A stretch of DNA of 54,595 bases, the filler included, from Heptranchias perlo (lineage: Eukaryota), in NCBI RefSeq assembly GCF_035084215.1. It is 3 parts of 3 records of this genome, joined end to end, with 100 filler letters (N's around TTAATTAATTAA, not from the genome) between each part and the next. Parts side by side here need not be neighbours in the genome. Positions count along the whole stretch, not along the records: positions 38,213 to 54,595 come from NW_027139185.1; 2 more parts are not named here. One strand, written 5' to 3'. Numbering within the stretch: position 1 is the stretch's first letter; the number at the start of each line of letters is the position of its first letter. The translations under genes were made by a program, and so were the position numbers. Shown here piece by piece: positions 53,101-54,595 of the stretch. Below the pieces are notes generated by a model. It saw only the letters and a list, made by a program, of their open reading frames with translations, was not told the origin of the DNA and did no database searches.

Positions 53101-54595
53101 GGATTGGATCGATGATGAATGGGTGGATTGGATCGATGGTGAATGGGTGGATTGGATCGATGGGTGAATGTGTGGATTGGATCGATGGATGATGGGTGGA
53201 TTGGATCGATGGATGAATGGGTGGATTGGATCGATGGGTGAATGTGTGGATTGGATCGATGGATGAATGGGTGGATTGGATCGATGGGTGAATGGGTGGA
53301 TTGGATCGATGGATGAATGGGTGGATTGGATCGATAGATGAATGGGTGGATTGGATCGATGGGTGAATGGGTGGATTGGATCGATGGATGAATGGGTGGA
53401 TTGGATCGATAGATGAATGGGTGGATTGGATCGATGGGTGAATGTGTGGATTGGATCGATGGATGAATGGGTGGATTGGATCGATAGATGAATGGGTGGA
53501 TTGGATCGATGGTGAATGGGTGGATTGGATCGATGGATGAATGGGTGGATTGGATCGATAGGAGTGAATGGGTGGATTGGATCGATGGGTGAATGGGTGG
53601 ATTGGATCGATGGTGAATGGGGTGGATTGGATCGATAGATGAATGGGTGGATTGGATCGATGGGTGAATGGGTGGATTGGATCGATGGATGAATGGGTGG
53701 ATTGGATCGATAGATGAATGGGTGGATTGGATCGATGGGTGAATGGGTGGATTGGATCGATGGATGAATGGGTGGATTGGATCGATGGGTGAATGGGTGG
53801 ATTGGATCGATGGGTGAATGGGTGGATTGGATCGATGGGTGAATGTGTGGATTGGATCGATAGGATGAATGGGTGGATTGGATCGATGGGTGAATGTGTG
53901 GATTGGATCGATAGATGAATGGGTGGATTGGATCGATGGGTGAATGGGTGGATTGGATCGATGGATGAATGGGTGGATTGGATCGATAGATGAATGGGTG
54001 GATTGGATCGATGGGTGAATGGGTGGATTGGATCGATGGGTGAATGTGTGGATTGGATCGATGGGTGAATGGGTGGATTGGATCGATGGGTGAATGGGGT
54101 GGATTGGATCGATGGGTGAATGGGTGGATTGGATCGATGGATGAATGGGTGGATTGGATCGATAGATGAATGGGTGGATTGGATCGATGGATGATGGGTG
54201 GATTGGATCGATGGGTGAATGGGTGGATTGGATCGATGGGTGAATGGGTGGATTGGATCGATAGATGAATGGGTGGATTGGATCGATGGATGTTGGGTGG
54301 ATTGGATCGATGGGTGAATGGGTGGATTGGATCGATGGATGAATGGGTGGATTGGATCGATGAGTGAATGGTGGATTGGATCGATGGGTGAATGGGGTGG
54401 ATTGGATCGATTGATGAATGTGTGGATTGGATCGATGGACCTGATTGGGGTGGATTGGATCGATGGATTGAATGGGTGGATTGGATCGCTGGATGTTTGG
54501 TGTGCATTGGATCAATGCGTGAATGGGTGGATTGGATCGATGGGTGAATGGGGTGATTGGATCGATGGGTGAATGGGTGGATTGGATCGATGGGA
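47110..54595. repeat. 25-bp satellite array (GGGTGGATTGGATCGATGGGTGAAT), ~300 units, runs off the window
   Basis: Homogeneous tandem units with GGGTGAAT/GGATGAAT/AGATGAAT/GGATGTT variants. Confidence 0.98.

Noticed and set aside
46727-54515. 722-, 1871- and 2201-aa ORFs
   Set aside because: Stop-free translation of the C-rich strand of the 25-bp satellite; all frames give the same peptide.

Overview
Vertebrate genomic DNA, most likely a shark or other cartilaginous fish (inferred from the repeat families and the antigen-receptor sequence style). It is three contigs joined by artificial 100-nt spacers (44 N + TTAATTAATTAA + 44 N at 24972-25071 and 38113-38212), so linkage between contigs is not established. 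Contig 1 (1-24971) holds a minus-strand TCR-beta-like mini-locus: promoter, leader exon, V exon with a 23-RSS, then a perfect heptamer-to-heptamer 12/23 RSS signal joint where a D segment should be (zero coding bases), no recognisable J, a divergent C-beta-like Ig exon, a truncated duplicate of it, an 18-nt Cys hinge exon and a TM exon. Contig 2 holds exons 1-8 of a K8-like type II keratin and two palindromic Penelope-like insertions carrying minimal hammerhead ribozymes. Contig 3 holds myopalladin exons, a long decayed CR1 LINE, a Harbinger-like MITE and over 7 kb of a 25-bp satellite. The rest is CR1/L2 LINE fragments, SINEs and minisatellites; most ORFs in the supplied track are spurious. 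Repeat boundaries are approximate.
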